Below the pieces are notes generated by a model that had not been told where the DNA came from, searched no databases, and saw nothing but the letters and a program-made list of their open reading frames with translations. Positions 1-13,700 of a DNA stretch of 64,000 nucleotides are shown here, piece after piece. Position numbers and translations under genes: made by a program. The first letter of the stretch is position 1, and every line of letters starts with the position of its first letter. The stretch is from Rhizaria sp. SCN 62-66 (lineage: Eukaryota), in contig MEDY01000121.1 in the NCBI GenBank assembly GCA_001724265.1, positions 1 through 64,000 on the forward strand, given 5' to 3'.

Positions 1-3000
1 CGGCCGCAGCCTGCGCGCGCGCGGCAGCCGCGGCAGCCTCGTTCTCGGCGGTCGCGGCCGCGGCGGTCGCGGCCGCGGACTCGGCGGCGGTGGCACGCGC
101 GGCGGCGGCCTCGGTCGCGGCGGCGCTGGCCTCGGACTGAAGCCGGTCGCGGTCGGCTGCGGCCGCGGTGGCGCGCGCGGCGGCGGCGGCGCTCTCTTGC
201 AAGCGTAACGCAGCGGTGAAGAGCCGGGCGCGCCGGTCGCGCGCGCCGGTCGCGGCGGCCGAGGCGGCCGCGGCCGCGGTCTCGCTGCTCGCGGCGGCCG
301 CAGTGGCTGCGGCCACAGCGGCGGAAAGCGAAGCAGCGGAGACTGAGGCAGGAGACTCGCCGGCGTTCGCCGCTGCGGCTGTGGCTGCGTCCGCGGCGGT
401 AGCGGTCGCAGTGGCCGTCGCTGTGAGCGCTAAGGCCGCGGTGGGCAGAGACGCCAGCGACTGCAACGAAGCGAGTAAGCCGCTCATAGCGGAGACAGCA
501 GAAGCAGCATCGGCGGCCGCGGTAGCAAGGGAAGGAAGCTCGCTTGCAATAGCGACGCGGGCCTTTGCAATAGCGATTGCAAAAGCCTCAGCGGCACCAG
601 CACGACGCCTGGCCAACTTGGCCTTGCCCTAAAATAGATTCATAACAAACACATAAAGGTAAAATATTGAAGAAACGAGATCAGTGAAACGAAATTGAAC
701 ATCTACAGATAAACACGCATTGCAATTCTTACGATTAATTGTCACTCATACTAACGAGCTTATTTTCTGCTGTTCTCAAGCAAGAGTACGTACCTGAGCG
801 GACTCCGCCGAGTTGACCGCCGCTGCGGCCGCCTGCGCCTGGACCAGCTCCGCCTGCGCGCGCTCCCTCGTCGCCGCCATGAACGCGTCGACGTCCTCCT
901 GCGACGCAAACGGGCGCGAGCACAATGCGCAGGCACGCGCCGTGGCGGAGGCGGCGGCGAGCGACGACAGAGCGGCGGCACGCGCGGCGCCGGCGCCCGC
1001 GGCGGCCTCGGCCTCGGTGGCCCGGACAGTGGCGCGGTCGACGAACGCCTCCACAGACAAGGCGGTGGGGGCAACAGGGGGACCGGCGATGCCGGTGTCG
1101 GTGGTGAGCTTGGTGAGAGCTAGTTGCAGTAACGCCTTTGCGTCGCTGTCAGCGTTCATAAAAGCGCTCGAGTCGTTAGTTTGCGGCGTACTGACGCTGT
1201 TGATGGCGTCAGTTGTCGCAGTCGCGACAACCTCAGCGACTAACGCCTGGGCAATCGCACCGTCGCTATCGTCATCATTAGCAGTCCCACCTTGAGCGTC
1301 CACGCTTGTGGCGGCAGCTTCAGCGGCAACAACATCCGCCGCAGCTGCGGTAAGTTCGCGCGCGAGGTCGCCGGCAGTCTTCATCATGTTAAGCTGGCCG
1401 CCGCGAGCCGCAGCAGCGGCCTCTGCGCGGGACTTCTCAGTCGCGGCCATGGCAGCAATTACGGCTTCGGAGGCAACGGCAGTCGATCGCGTCAGGGAGT
1501 TGTCGTGTGTCCCCGCAAGCGGAGCTGCGATTGAGTTGGCCACGTGAGTGATATCAAGAAGAGTGATGTTTTTCCCGGTTGTTGCGAGATTTTCAACAGA
1601 TGATGCCGCGACAGTGACCATTGGAGCCAGAGTCGTTACGCTAAGAGCAGCATCGTTGACGGAAGAAACGACGTGACTAAAGCCATCAACGCCGTGCTGG
1701 GTGACTTTGAGCAACGCATTCTTCACTGCATCTGCCGCTGCCGCTGCAGCCGCTGCCTCCGTCGCCGCTGCAGCCGCCGCTGGCACAAGCCTGGTCGTGA
1801 ACGCGGTCTCGGCCACGGTCACCGCCTCGACTGGACCGCTGAGCGCGCTGATGCGACTCCGGGCCGCGGCGGCCGCGGTCCTCGCACCCTCGGCCTTGGC
1901 CTCGGCCGCTGTCGCAGCAGCCTCCGCGTCTGCCTCGGTCTCATTCGGGTCAACGCCGTCCGCGCCGGCACTTGCCGCTGCCGCCGCCGCCTGCTGTTGC
2001 TTCGCAGCGGCCTCGGTCTGTTGCTGGTTCGCGACTGCAGCGGCGGCGGCGGCCGCAGATGCCGCGGCGGCCGCGGCCTTGCCCTGGAGCTCCGCCTCGG
2101 CCTCCGCGCGCGCGGCCCGGGCCCGCGCGTCGCTCCATGCCGCAGTGATGCGCGTCTTAGTGGCTGCAGCGACCTCGGTGCGGGCCCGGTCATGGGCTTG
2201 CACAGCGGCGGCCGCCGCGTCCGTAGCCTCGGTGAGCGCCGTCAGCACGCGCTCGGTCTCCGGGTCATCGTCGCCGTCGCTGCCGCCGTCGTTGCTGCTG
2301 CCGATGCTCTTGCTCTGCGTCTTGCGGTGGATCTGCAGCCAGTTGTGCGCCGCGGTCGACGCGGCGGCCACGGCGGCGCTCGCGGTCACGGTCTCCGCCT
2401 CGAGGCCAGCCGCCTCGGCCGCGGCCAGGGCGGCTCTCGAGTCAGCACTCGCGCTGCTGCATGCAGCGTTGTGGAACCGCTCAAGCCTCGCAGTGTCCGC
2501 GGCAACCGCCCGGGTCCAGGTGTCAACCTCCTGCCGGTGCGAGGCCGCGGTGGCCTCGGCCGCCGCGGCCGCGCTCTTGGCCGTGCCCAGCTCCGCTGAC
2601 GCGCGCATCAGCGCGTCCCCCGCGGCCTTGGCGGCCTCGGCGGCGTCGCGGGCCCGCTGCAGCCCCTGCGCGGCCGCCCGGTCCGCGTCCTCCAGCAGCG
2701 CCTTGGTAACGCTGCCCTCTGCGACGCCGCCGTCGCCGTCGACGCCGACGCCGTGTTGCACCAGCAGCCCCTGTGCGAGCGTGGCGGCACGCGCCCCGTG
2801 CTTGTCCTCGACGCCGCGGACTGCGCGCAGCGCGGCCTCGCTCTCGCGCGCGCGGAACGCTGCCGCGTCGCGCAGCGGGCCCAGCCGCGCGCGGCCCTCG
2901 CGCCCGCGCTCCAGCACGGCCGCCAGCGCCGCGGCGCCGCGCGCGCAGACCGCAGAGGTCTCCGAGTCCTTGGCGGCCTGGACGCGCGCGGCGTGGGCCC

Positions 3001-4176
3001 CGAGTAGAGCGTGCCTAGCCTCCCGCACGCGCGCGGACAGCAACTCGCACCGGTGGTCGGCGGCCTTCGCGCGGGCTTCGACGCGCTTGACCTGGACAAG
3101 AATAGAACAACAGACGGCGAAAAGAATGAGCGAGCGTAAAAAGTATTTTTGACAATTTGCAAATAGTTTCATGTGATGGTAAAATAAAATAATTGAAGGA
3201 GTGGCATTGAATTGTCATTCATCGAATATACGGCGGAGTATAAAGACACTGGCTCCGTACTTCGTCGCGCAGGCACTCGAGGCCGCGGTTGAACCGATCC
3301 GCAGCGAAGATCTTATCGAAGCGCTCCTTGAGCCCACTGTCGTCGCCGAGCGGCCATGCAGAGTCCTCCTGGTGGCAGAACATTACATTCTCAACAATGG
3401 CCTGCGAAACGCCCAGCTCGCGCGCAAACGCGGCCTTAGCCTCGCGGATACGTTCCGACTGGGTCAGCCCGACGGCGCCGCCGGCCGAGGCGGCGGCGCG
3501 CGCAGAGGCCGTGCTCTGGCCCAGCGGCAGCGGCGCCGCGCTGGCGTTGGCGGTGTTGGGGTCGGAGCTGTTGGACGTGATGCCCCCCGTGTTGGAGCGG
3601 GAAGTGGCCTCGAGCGACTTGAACGTGAGTTTGTTGTCGGCTGCCAATGTTACCTGGAAGCGCAGCGCGTGCGTAAGGATGTCACCGCCAACGCAGCGCA
3701 CGGCGAGCGCGATGGTGGCGTAGGACGCGGTGCTGCCGTGCAGGCGTGGGTCGAACACGAAGTACTTGCCGCCCTGCGTCAGCGGGGGCAGCGAGCCGGA
3801 GCAAATGTAGCGTAGAGCCTCGATAATCGTCTAGAAAGGGCAGACCGACAGGTATCAAACGGAAATTGGTGAGAAAATAAGGAAAAATACATATGTAGCT
3901 TTCTTACTGATTGATATCTTGAAGATACTAAAAAGGGAAAGTGTTGGCTGCGTGTAGGCTGTGCAGGCTTTGGAGAGAGCAAAGTTACTGTAAGGTCGTG
4001 GTATATCAATTTGACAGTTGTGCACAAGTGTTACGATATCAAGTGCTACGTACGGTCTTGCCAGCGCCGTTCTCGCCGAGGATGACCGTGAGGGGGTGCT
4101 GGAAGTAGATCTCCTGCACCTTGTCAGGGGAGTAGCTGCGGATGCCCCTGAACTCGAGCTTGTACAGCGTCGTCAT
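1..4176 (-). CDS. RAD50: DNA repair protein RAD50 (SMC-like ATPase), 5' part; gene continues beyond the window start
   Basis: Exons 4176-4054, 3830-3261, 3091-794 and 628-<1 join in frame via GTACG..AG introns. N-terminus MTTLYKLEFRGIRSYSP..PLTVILGENGAGKT|TIIEALRY (Walker A), Q-loop region LGVSQAIVENVMFCHQEDSAWPL, LKERFDKIF, and zinc-hook CALC at 931-920. Confidence 0.95.
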
Positions 4177-5213
4177 CGCGCCTTAGATGCGCAACGCGTA
4201 AGAAAGCGGAGTGTAATGTTCTCGTGAGTGTGATGTGTGTGTCTTGTGAAGATCTCAGTCACAGGTTGATGTGCGACAGGCTATGGAAGAGTTATTGAGT
4301 CTGGCTTGGTTCACACTCAGAAGCCAGTTGAGCCGTGGACTGTATATCGCGCAAATGACAATATCATAGCAGTATGCAACAGGGTTAGGTTTTGGCGCAG
4401 ATGTTCCGGTGTGGTGTTACGAGGAATATGATATTCGTTGAGTATTGATGGAAAGATTGACGAGTTTGTGATGAGAAGAGGAAGCGGGAGACAGCGAGAG
4501 GGACGCTTGTAGATATCGCGTGCCTGAGGATGCTAATGAATATATTGCGGGATTTCATAAAGTTTAATATATCTATCATGTATGTTCTATATGATTCCAT
4601 AGTATCATCGCCGTTGACGGAGGTTGTGACTCACACAAGAGTGATCCAGTTGACGCTTTGTTGGCGGGTCAATCGAGTAATTAGGCGGGCGGCTCTACCG
4701 GGAAAACACTATCTAAGCATGTTTGTGGGACATAGCAATCTTCGATGACACTAATATTGCGATGCAGCTTGTGAATTATCGGGTATTTTGCTATATCGTC
4801 CTGATCTTTTATGTGGAGTTATTTCTGTCGACTTTTGCGTGCCAGTATGATCTTGACCTCCCTGCCGTCGTGGTTCGGTTATGATGCAGATTTGGTGGAG
4901 AGTGTTTCAAGACTAAGAGACTTGGAGAAAAGCAAGCATACTTCAAGTACGACTAAATAGTTCGGTTTTAACATTTTAGCTCCGGCTTGATACATGAACA
5001 AAACCATTTGCAACATGCAATTTTTCGATGGCGATTTTCTTTTCAAGTTGCACTTGCCGATTCGTCGAGACAGAGGCCTTCTCGACATGAGATCTTATCA
5101 CCCACGACGACCGGCATCGAACGAGCATATCATTAGCTGACTCGGACCATTATCTATAAATATCGTGTCTTTTTCTTGCTTTTAGCCGTATTATAGGTGT
5201 TGCCTCGCGCGGA

Positions 5214-8200
5214 ATGTCTCGCGACCAGAGCTGCACGCCGCGGCCTCCCGGTGAGGGCCATCCCCCAACACCATCGCCTTTTCTCTCGCCGCCATACTTC
5301 CCCAACAACGTCTCTGTGCAGATTGAGTATGCCCAAGAGACCGAAGTACGTAACTGTAACTCAATACGCATCCCTGATTTCACCTGACATGATATACCCC
5401 TAGACCAGACCTCGTCCCCGCCTCTCTCGACACTTTGATCTCAAATCATTACCGTATCCCACACGCCGAACACAGACCCTGCGCTCGCTGCTTGCCCAGC
5501 TCGACTCACCCGACCTCCCCGCGCCCCGCGCGTGCGCGCTGGTGGACCTGGTGCTCTTGCGCCTGCAGACGGCGCCGACGCGCGGGCTGCTGCGGGCCTG
5601 GGTGGCCGACCACCTGCTCTTCGCGCTGATCTCCTCACCGCGCACTAGGGCCGCGTTCCTGCTACGGCCGGGTGTCTGGCAGCTGGGGCTGCTGCAGCTG
5701 CTGCAGCTCGACGCCAGCATCCCGGCGTTGGCCGCCGACATCGAAGGCTACTTTGCAGTTCCGCCATCAACATCAACCACTGGTACAAACAGCGCAAACA
5801 TGACTGCTAGCGCTGGCGCTGGCACTGCTAGCTCTGCGAGTTGTGTTGTGATTACTGGCACCGCAGTCACTCCTTCTCCCGCCACGGCCGTGGCTCCCGC
5901 GTTTAGTGCAGCTGTGCCTGATTCATCTGGCTTTGCGAGCGCTAGCGCCGCCACGGGCGCTGCCGGTGTCACGGCGGGAGTCACGGCAAGTGGGCTGACC
6001 GCAAGTGGGCTGCAGTCGCCGTCGGTGAACTACTTGCTCCAGACCGCGCCGCCGTCGCCGCTGCCGCTGTGTCTTGCCCGGCAGCTAGGCCAGGGCCACC
6101 AGCAGCATCAGCAGCAGTCGTATCAAAACTACTATTATAACACACACGCAATCTGCGTCGCTGCTGGTGGTCCCAGTAGCGGTGGGATTGACACTGCGAC
6201 TGCGCTGCACGTCCAATCGCAGCTATTTCCCCTGCCGATGCCGCTGCCGCCACCTCGGGCCCGGAGTTCGAGCGGGAGCGCACACGGCCACTTCCCGTAC
6301 GGCGCGAGCCACCCCTCCACACATCAGTCGCAGATGCAGTCTCAGTCGCCATCGCCTGCCCCGTCAACCGCGCTGGCGCCCTCGACAACAGCGACGGGCA
6401 CGGGGACTGCGGCGGCGGGGACTGCGCTGGCGCCGCCGGTGGTGGCGGGGACAGCGGCAGGACGACAGGCGCAGTCGCCGTCTCTGTTTCCGCCTCCGTC
6501 GCAGTCTCGGCGGTCGTCGCTCAGCAGCAGCGCCAACAATACCAGTGTAAGCGCAGCCATTCCCGCTAACAATGGTGTCACCGTCCAGTCGCCGTCCATA
6601 CTGCAGCTGCAAGCGCAGCAGCCGCCGCCGCCGCGGCCGAGGCGTGCTTCTGCGACGGCGACGGCATCGGCATCAGCATCACCGGCACAGGCTCCGGCAC
6701 AGGCTGCGGCTCCGACTGCGTCGACGCCAGAGGCCGCAGTTAGCTCTGGCATTGATCGTGCTCCGAGCGCCGATGTGGCAGCTGCAGCCGAGCAGGTGCC
6801 AGAGACAAACATTGAAGCAGAGACTTCTGATGTCGCCTTGGGTGAGTCAAAGCCCCAGTTACAGCCCCAGACTGCGCCCGCGCCAACATCTGAGTCAGTT
6901 GAGTCGGAGCTGATGTCCGCAGCCCGCGTCGCCCCCGCTGCCACGCTTGCTCTCTGCACATACATGCGCACTGCACTACAACAGCTCAGCACCAACACGG
7001 CTAACGCTGCATCCGAGCCCGCGCCTGAGTCCGCGCCTGCGCCGCTCACGGTCACTCTGCCCGCTCTTACAGTCGCCCCGCTGCCGGCGCCGTATCCCTG
7101 GCTCAGCGCGGCTGCTTGGGCCGGCGAGCGCGGCCTCACGTCCTGCCTCGTGTCCGCACTGACGCTGCTTCACTTCACGCAGCTACAGGCGGGACCGTTG
7201 GCCTCTGCGACGGCCGCAGCCGCTGCCGAAGACGCAGTGTTGATGTCGGGTAGTTCGGGTGGCAACGGCGCAGGCGGCAGCGGCGCTAGCGGCAGCAACC
7301 TGGCGGCGGCCTCGGCGGCGGTGGCCGCTGCGGCTGCGGCCGTCGGGCTGGACGCCAGCGGCACTGGCAAGAGGGACACCAAGTTCGGCAATCCGTACGT
7401 CAAGTGCTGCGCATATACCATATCTTACTCTTCTCGTATTTATGAAGCGTGTGTATTGCGCCAAGTTCAACTTTATTTGTTTTCGCAGTATTCAGCTCAC
7501 GTTTCACTCTTCGTTTCATCTGCGCACTTTAACCGACTCGCTCATCTCGTTTTAGGCTATTCGACGTGGAGGTCACTCTGGCCACGGTCGAGTCCCTCTT
7601 CGGCTGGACCGAGCAGGCCGTCTCACTGGCGCGGTTGCTATTATTCGCCCTGCTGTCAACGCTCTCGGCGCGGGCCCGCGAGGCTGCGGCCACCGCGCCC
7701 GCCGCTGTGGGCGGCGGTAGCGGCGGCGGCGGCGGCGTTTCTATGGGCAGCGGCGGGGGCTGTGGCGCGGCGGGGCATCCGGCTGCTCTGCTCACGGTAC
7801 GTTGCAAACGACAGTTGATTGTACTTTTGCTGAACCGTCTCACTTCCGCGAACGGCAAGTTGGACACATGTGGGTTTGCACCTCAAATGCACGTAATTGT
7901 TTGTTTTATCATCTATAGTTGCACTTACACAAACTACACCTCCGCCTTACTTGTTTTGCATTGCGTACAGTACACGGAGCACTTGCTGAGCTTATCAGAG
8001 CTCGTGGAAGACTTCGTCTTTTTCCGGCCCACCGGTGACGCAGCCGCTCAGCTGCGTTCACGGTCACGACCCAAGTCGTCACTGCTTGGATTCCCAGACA
8101 AAGCGGCCACCGCGGCCGCGCTCGCGGCGTTCTCGACTGAGGACTCGACTGATGATGACAGCGGCCCCAGCGGCCCGTGCGTGGAGCTGGGCCGATTGTG

Positions 8201-10763
8201 GGGCACGCTGCATGCACACTCACTCACCGAAACGCTGGCGCCCGAGACCGCGTTCGCAGCACTGCTCCTGCCCGCGGGCGCAACAGTCTCGCTGACAGAG
8301 CCGCATTCGCATTCGCAGGCGCAGCCACTGCGGATGCGGCGCGCGTCGCTGTCGTCGATCATCGGCCACGGCAGCAGCAGCACCACAACATCTGGCAACA
8401 ACGAGCCTGCAAGCTATTCGCGGTCATTGCTGCAGCCGCAAGCTCTGGCACAAACGCAGTCGCTGCCGCAACAGACCACGTTTGGTCCTACCGCTCAGCC
8501 CACAGCCGGCGCTGCCGCTGCAATTGCCTTCGCTTCATCGTTGGCCGCGGCAGCTGCAACGGTGACCGGCGGCTGCAGCGGCGGCAGCGGCGGCGACTCA
8601 CTGGCCCGCTGCCTCGCCACAGTTACAGTAACGCCAACGACTGCTACCGACGTCAAAGCCAGCGCTACAAGTTCTAGCTCTAGCTCTAGCTCTAGCGCGG
8701 GCGCTGGGTCGAGCGCGCCTGGGCACTGGTTGCGCCGGCTCGGCAGCAACAACAGCGCCGCGAGCTCCAATCTCAACGTGGCCGCCGGCGGCGTAGCAAC
8801 GAGCGCAATTGGTAATGTGTGTGACTCAGCCTGGTATCGCGATGACGACAGTGCGCTGAGCAAGCTGCCGTCGCCGCCGCCGCACAGTCTCTTCGGGCTG
8901 CACTTGACCGGGACGGGCTGTGACGATTCGCCGCTGGTGCTGCGCTTCACTGCACTGCTGTCCGAGATGGGTTGGTACGATCTGCCCACGGGCGATGGCA
9001 AAGCGGGTGTAAGTGCCAACAGCGCAACTGGCTCGAGCTCTAGTGCAGCTCAAGCAAGCCCTGGCGGGAGCTACTTCAACTACAACGATAGCATGGACAG
9101 TGACAGCGGCGCGGCGAACACAGCTGATCAGTCAGTTTTGAGCGTTGCAGCGCCCAACACGGCGCCGTCGGCCGCGATCGCAGCGGCCGCGGCCGCAACA
9201 GCAGCCGCGGCCGCGTCGGGCTTTCCTTCCCGCTCTCCCACTTTAAACGCACAGTCTAGCAGCGCTGGTGGCGGCAGCAGCGCGGCTAGCAACCGCGGCC
9301 GCAGTGGCAGCGGCGGCAGCACAGCTGGCAGCGCGTTCCTGGGCAGCGCTCACGGCGGCTACGGCTGGCTGGCCCGTGCACTGGCGCCCAAGGCCTGGGC
9401 GAAGCTCCGGGGGCGCCTGGTCGCGGCGGCTGAGACCGCGGCGACGGTGCAACAGCTATGCGAACGGGTGTTGGCGCTGCCGGCCACTGCAGGCACGGTC
9501 GAGTGGAGCCCTTTCATTGGTACAAGCAGCGCGGGCAATGCAATCAGCACTGGCGCTAGCCCTAGTGTACCGAGCATGGGCTCATTTGCTCCGACTGGGA
9601 TGTTGCAGCCGCAGACGCTGACTACTAGTGCGAGTCTTGGCTCTTCTCTCACAGGCACAAGCGCGTATGCGAGCAACGTGGGCAGTCCAAGCGCAAATTG
9701 TGCCGCTGGCCGGCCTCAGAGTCAAAGCTATGTGGCTGTCAGTGTCGGCTCTATTGTCAACGCAGCTGCAACGGCGGCTTCTGCTGCCAAGTCAGCGCAG
9801 TCATCTGCTAACATAGTGGCTGAGGCTGAACGCATGCTTGGCAAAGTTGCTGCAGCGGCCACGGAAACAATGACGTCAGTCTTCAGCAGCGCAACTGCAG
9901 ATATGACTGCGACTAATGGCGCTGCTCCTGTTTCAACTCTCGACGCAACTGGTGCGGCTGAGAACAGCAAGGTAGTTGCTCAAACTGGTTTGCCATGTGA
10001 GTGCGGTCAACTCACGGACTTGCCTGTCGCGAGCGCAAACATGAGTCACACTGACGTCGACGTTGATCCTGGCGCGACGACCGCAGCCGCTGCAATCTCG
10101 CATTTGAAGCCCCGGGCTCGTGCTTCCCTCACAGGCTTGCCCTCGGCAAACGCGCCGAGCAGTGGCGCTGGTGGGAGCGCAACTGCTCCCAGCCGCGGCC
10201 TCAGTGGCACTCTGCCTGGCGTGGGCGTGAGCGCCAGCGGCTTTGTGTCGTCCCCGGCCTTTGCGCCGCTACAGCAGCAACAACAGTCGCAGACACTGCC
10301 GCTTGCTCAATCGCAGTCTCCTTATGTTGGCCACACCTCTGCACTGCAGCAGCAACAGCCGCAGCCGCCGTTCCTGAGTCTGCAGCCGCCCGGGTCGCCG
10401 TTTCTGACCCACATCCAGTCGCCCCGCGAGCGCAGGTCGGGTTCCGGCGTCTTCGCATACGGCACTTACACCGGTCATGGAGGTACTTACAATGCGGGCG
10501 CCACGCAGGCTGGAGGTACTTACACCCGGGGACCTGGTGCCGTCTCCACAAGTAGCACGATAAGTAACACGGGCATCATGAGCAGTTGCTTCTTTTCCCC
10601 GCCACTGCTGCCGACGACTCCCACCAACACCAACATCACCAATGCAAGCTTGCTGACAGCGGCGGCCCAGCAGCAGCAGCAGATGCCGCTGCAGTCGCCG
10701 CTGCCGCCCCGGCTGCTCCGGCCGCACACGCAGACACAACTGCAGACACAGCAACAACAACAA

Positions 10764-10795
<32 letters not shown>

Positions 10796-13700
10796 GCCAC
10801 AGTTTTTTCCTGAAACCGGTGCATGCGCAATGACCCCCGTGTTCTCCCCCTTTAACGCGCACACCAGTGCGGCTATGAGTGTCAGTGCGATGCAAAGCGC
10901 TGCCGTTGCAAACAGCCCGTCACCGTCCCACGTGTTCTTTGCGTTTCCCCCGCCCTCGCCGCTGCCCTACAGCGTCACCGCCGGCGCCAACACGGCGACG
11001 CCTCTCGCAAACGCCAGCGTCGCCGCCGCCGTGGCCGCCGCCGCCGCGGCCGCGGCCGCCGCGCCGACGGCAACTGACCGCTCGCTGTCCCGCACGGCGA
11101 CGCTGGCCAAGGCCGCCGCCGTGCTGGGCTCAAGGCCGCGGTTCGCCGCGCTGCGCAAGGCGCTGCCGGCGCTGCTGCGGGAGCAGGTCGCGCTCGTTGC
11201 GGCGGCACGGCGGCGGGCTTACGCGGGGCCCGCGCTCGTCGCAGCAGCCGACGTTGTCGCCGCAGCGGCGGCGCGGCGCGCGGCGAATCAAGCGGCCGCG
11301 GCCGCAGCAGCGGGGGCGGGGGCGGTGGCCGGCGTTGCGCCTGTGGTTGGGGGGCTTGGGCTTGTGGCACCGCCGAGGTATCAGGCTTTAGTGCTGCCCA
11401 CTGGCGCTGCAGCAGCGGTACCAGCATCTGCGTTAGACGCTGCCTACGTGGGCGGCAATGTGGTCATGACTGTGGGGGCCGCGTAGTCCCTGGCAACATC
11501 GCTTGCGTCGATGGCGTATCACCCGCACTTGCAGCCACAACCGCACCCACAACTTCAACAGCAGCAGCTGCTGCTGCAGATTCCAAGTCACGTGATGTCT
11601 CAGTCAATGCAGCCGCAGCCATCTGCACAGTTACTGCCGCAGCCGCAGTCGCCGTCGCCGATGTTGACGCCAATAGCCGTGCACACAGGGCCCCGGCCGC
11701 TGCAGTGGCGCGCTCTGACACACACCCACACACCGCTAAGCCATACGCCACTGGGCCACGCACCGCATGGCTACACGCCACTGAGTCATGCCAATGCCCA
11801 GAGTATGCATAGTGTATCGCCTGTGCCGGTATCAGGCAGTTGCACTGCTGCTGCCGCCGCCCTGACATCCGGGCAGCCCGCGTACGTGACGGCAGCCAGC
11901 ACATCGCCAGCGCCAATGTCGCAGTCGCAGGCAATGTCTCTTGCGACGGCTCTGCCGTTGCCGCTGCCAAGGAGGGACAGGCGTCTCAGCGCTAGCCCCG
12001 AGCAGCGAACTCAGCTCCCGGCACAGCAAATGGCGCAACAGCATCAAGCTGCGCAGGCTCAGCTGCAACTGCAGCAGCGAAGTTACGCTGATGCGCAAGC
12101 GCAGGGCTCAAGCTTAAGCTCAAGCTCGAGCTCAAGCAGCAGCAGTGTGATCGGCGGCAGTGTCGTCGACGCAAACGATCTTAGCACTTATAACCCGCCT
12201 CATCTTGTCGCCAATCTAAGTGGCATTTGTGTGGATGGAGGCCCGCGCCTAAGTACCTCCGGCGGGGTGAGTGCGAGCGCAAAGCGGCGCGCCTCAGTGC
12301 CGACTGGGCTTGTGGCTGCAACGTCACCGCGTCCCACTGCTGTTGCTGCAGTTGCTGCAGAAGGTCTCACTGCAGCGCCTGCAGAATCAGCAGTGTCGTC
12401 TGAGTCAGCAGAGCAACAACAAGATCAAGCTCCAGATGCAAACGCGCAGTCTCGTCCGTGTTCGTTGCTGCAGTCGCCGTCACTGCTTCAGCCACACCTG
12501 CACTCGCAGTCACAGTCTCAGTCCCAGTCGCAGGCCCAGGCGCAGCAGCAGGGCAGTTTCAGGACCAGGCCAGCCCGACCAGCCACTCTGCCCAGTCCAT
12601 TCACAAACACGCATGACCACACTCACAGTCAGACGCCAAGCCAGAACCAGAGCCACAGCCACAGCGACAGCTACAGTCGGAGCCAGACCGCCACGCCGGC
12701 GCCCGCAGTGGCAGCAAGCACCGCGCAAGACGCGGAGGCTGTGACGACTGGGAGTGGCGATCGCGCTGGAGTCAGTGCCCGCGTCACTGCCGCGTTGGCT
12801 GCGCTGGCCGCCGCGCAGCAGGCAGTGGCCGACGCTCAGGCGGCGGCTCAGGCTGAGACTGAGACTGGGATTGTAGCTGGTCGCGAGTCAGAGTCTGATG
12901 GCGGGGCTGACGCGAGCAGCAGCGGCGACAATGACTCGCAGACATCCTCCGGAGATTCTTCTGATACTCATCATAAAGCAGGCGCAATGAGGGACGAGCG
13001 CGGCAGTGACACGCGCGTTGCTGTCACTACGCCTGTCAAAGCACACCCAGTTCCTAGCGGCAGCTCAGGTTTGTTGGCGCCGCCATGGTCGCCGTCGCAG
13101 TCGCCGCCGCCGCCCCCGCCGCCGCGGCCGTCGCGCTCGCACCAGCGTCTGTCCCCCCTGCCTGCTGCTGCTGCTGCCGCCGCTGCTGCTGCTGCTGCCG
13201 CTGCGGCGGCGGCGGCCGCAACTCCCGCCTATGTGGCGTCACCAACAACAGCGACGGCGGCAGAGTCGGCACAAGCTAAGGACGTAGAGATAAAGCTGAC
13301 GCTAGGTGCCAATCAAGAGCTTTCGCAACAACAGCAGCAAGCGGTGTCAAGTCAAGATGCTCTTGCTGACTCCAGCGACAGTGCGCCTATCGGTGAAAAC
13401 ACGATGATGCTGTATCACATGGCGCACCAAGCTCTCTCCCCAGCGTACATCAGCGTTGCTGCTTGGCTTGACACTGACTCGCCGCCGCCGCCGCCCCCGC
13501 CTCTCCAGTATGACACCCGTCGCGGCAACGCCCCGCCTCTGTATCACGGTGGGCCAACAGCAGCTTCTGTGGCAGCCAAGACCAAGGCGCTGACCGAGCA
13601 GCAGTATGGAGCCACGGCTCGCGGGCCCGACTCGCTGCGGTCACTGCTGCAGCCGCAGCTGCAGCAGCAGCCGCAGTCACGAACTGCTGGCGCTCGCGAT

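Noticed and set aside
1673-3152. Long antisense and alternate-frame ORFs (also 39678-41144, 47272-48756, 53000-54229, 55053-56330)
   Set aside because: These are shadows of GC-rich, GCN-repeat coding sequence, which rarely generates stops on the other strand; they contain no recognisable motifs.
5401-5403. A fifth in-frame TAG upstream of ORF 5542
   Set aside because: It falls inside the predicted intron 5346-5475.
11463-11486. In-frame TAGs as 3' ends of tiny or cryptic introns (also 16848, 25092, 30249)
   Set aside because: Frame-preserving removal would need phase-0 donors such as GTCATG, GTGACG, GTGGTG or GTTGAC with inconsistent lengths and GC-rich coding-like bodies. That is unlike the 24 GTACG-type, AT-rich, 117-310 nt introns. 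Not formally excluded without RNA-seq.
11484-11560. Pyrrolysine or selenocysteine-type recoding
   Set aside because: Sec uses UGA and Pyl is not known in eukaryotes. The sites are in unconserved low-complexity regions and share no downstream element.
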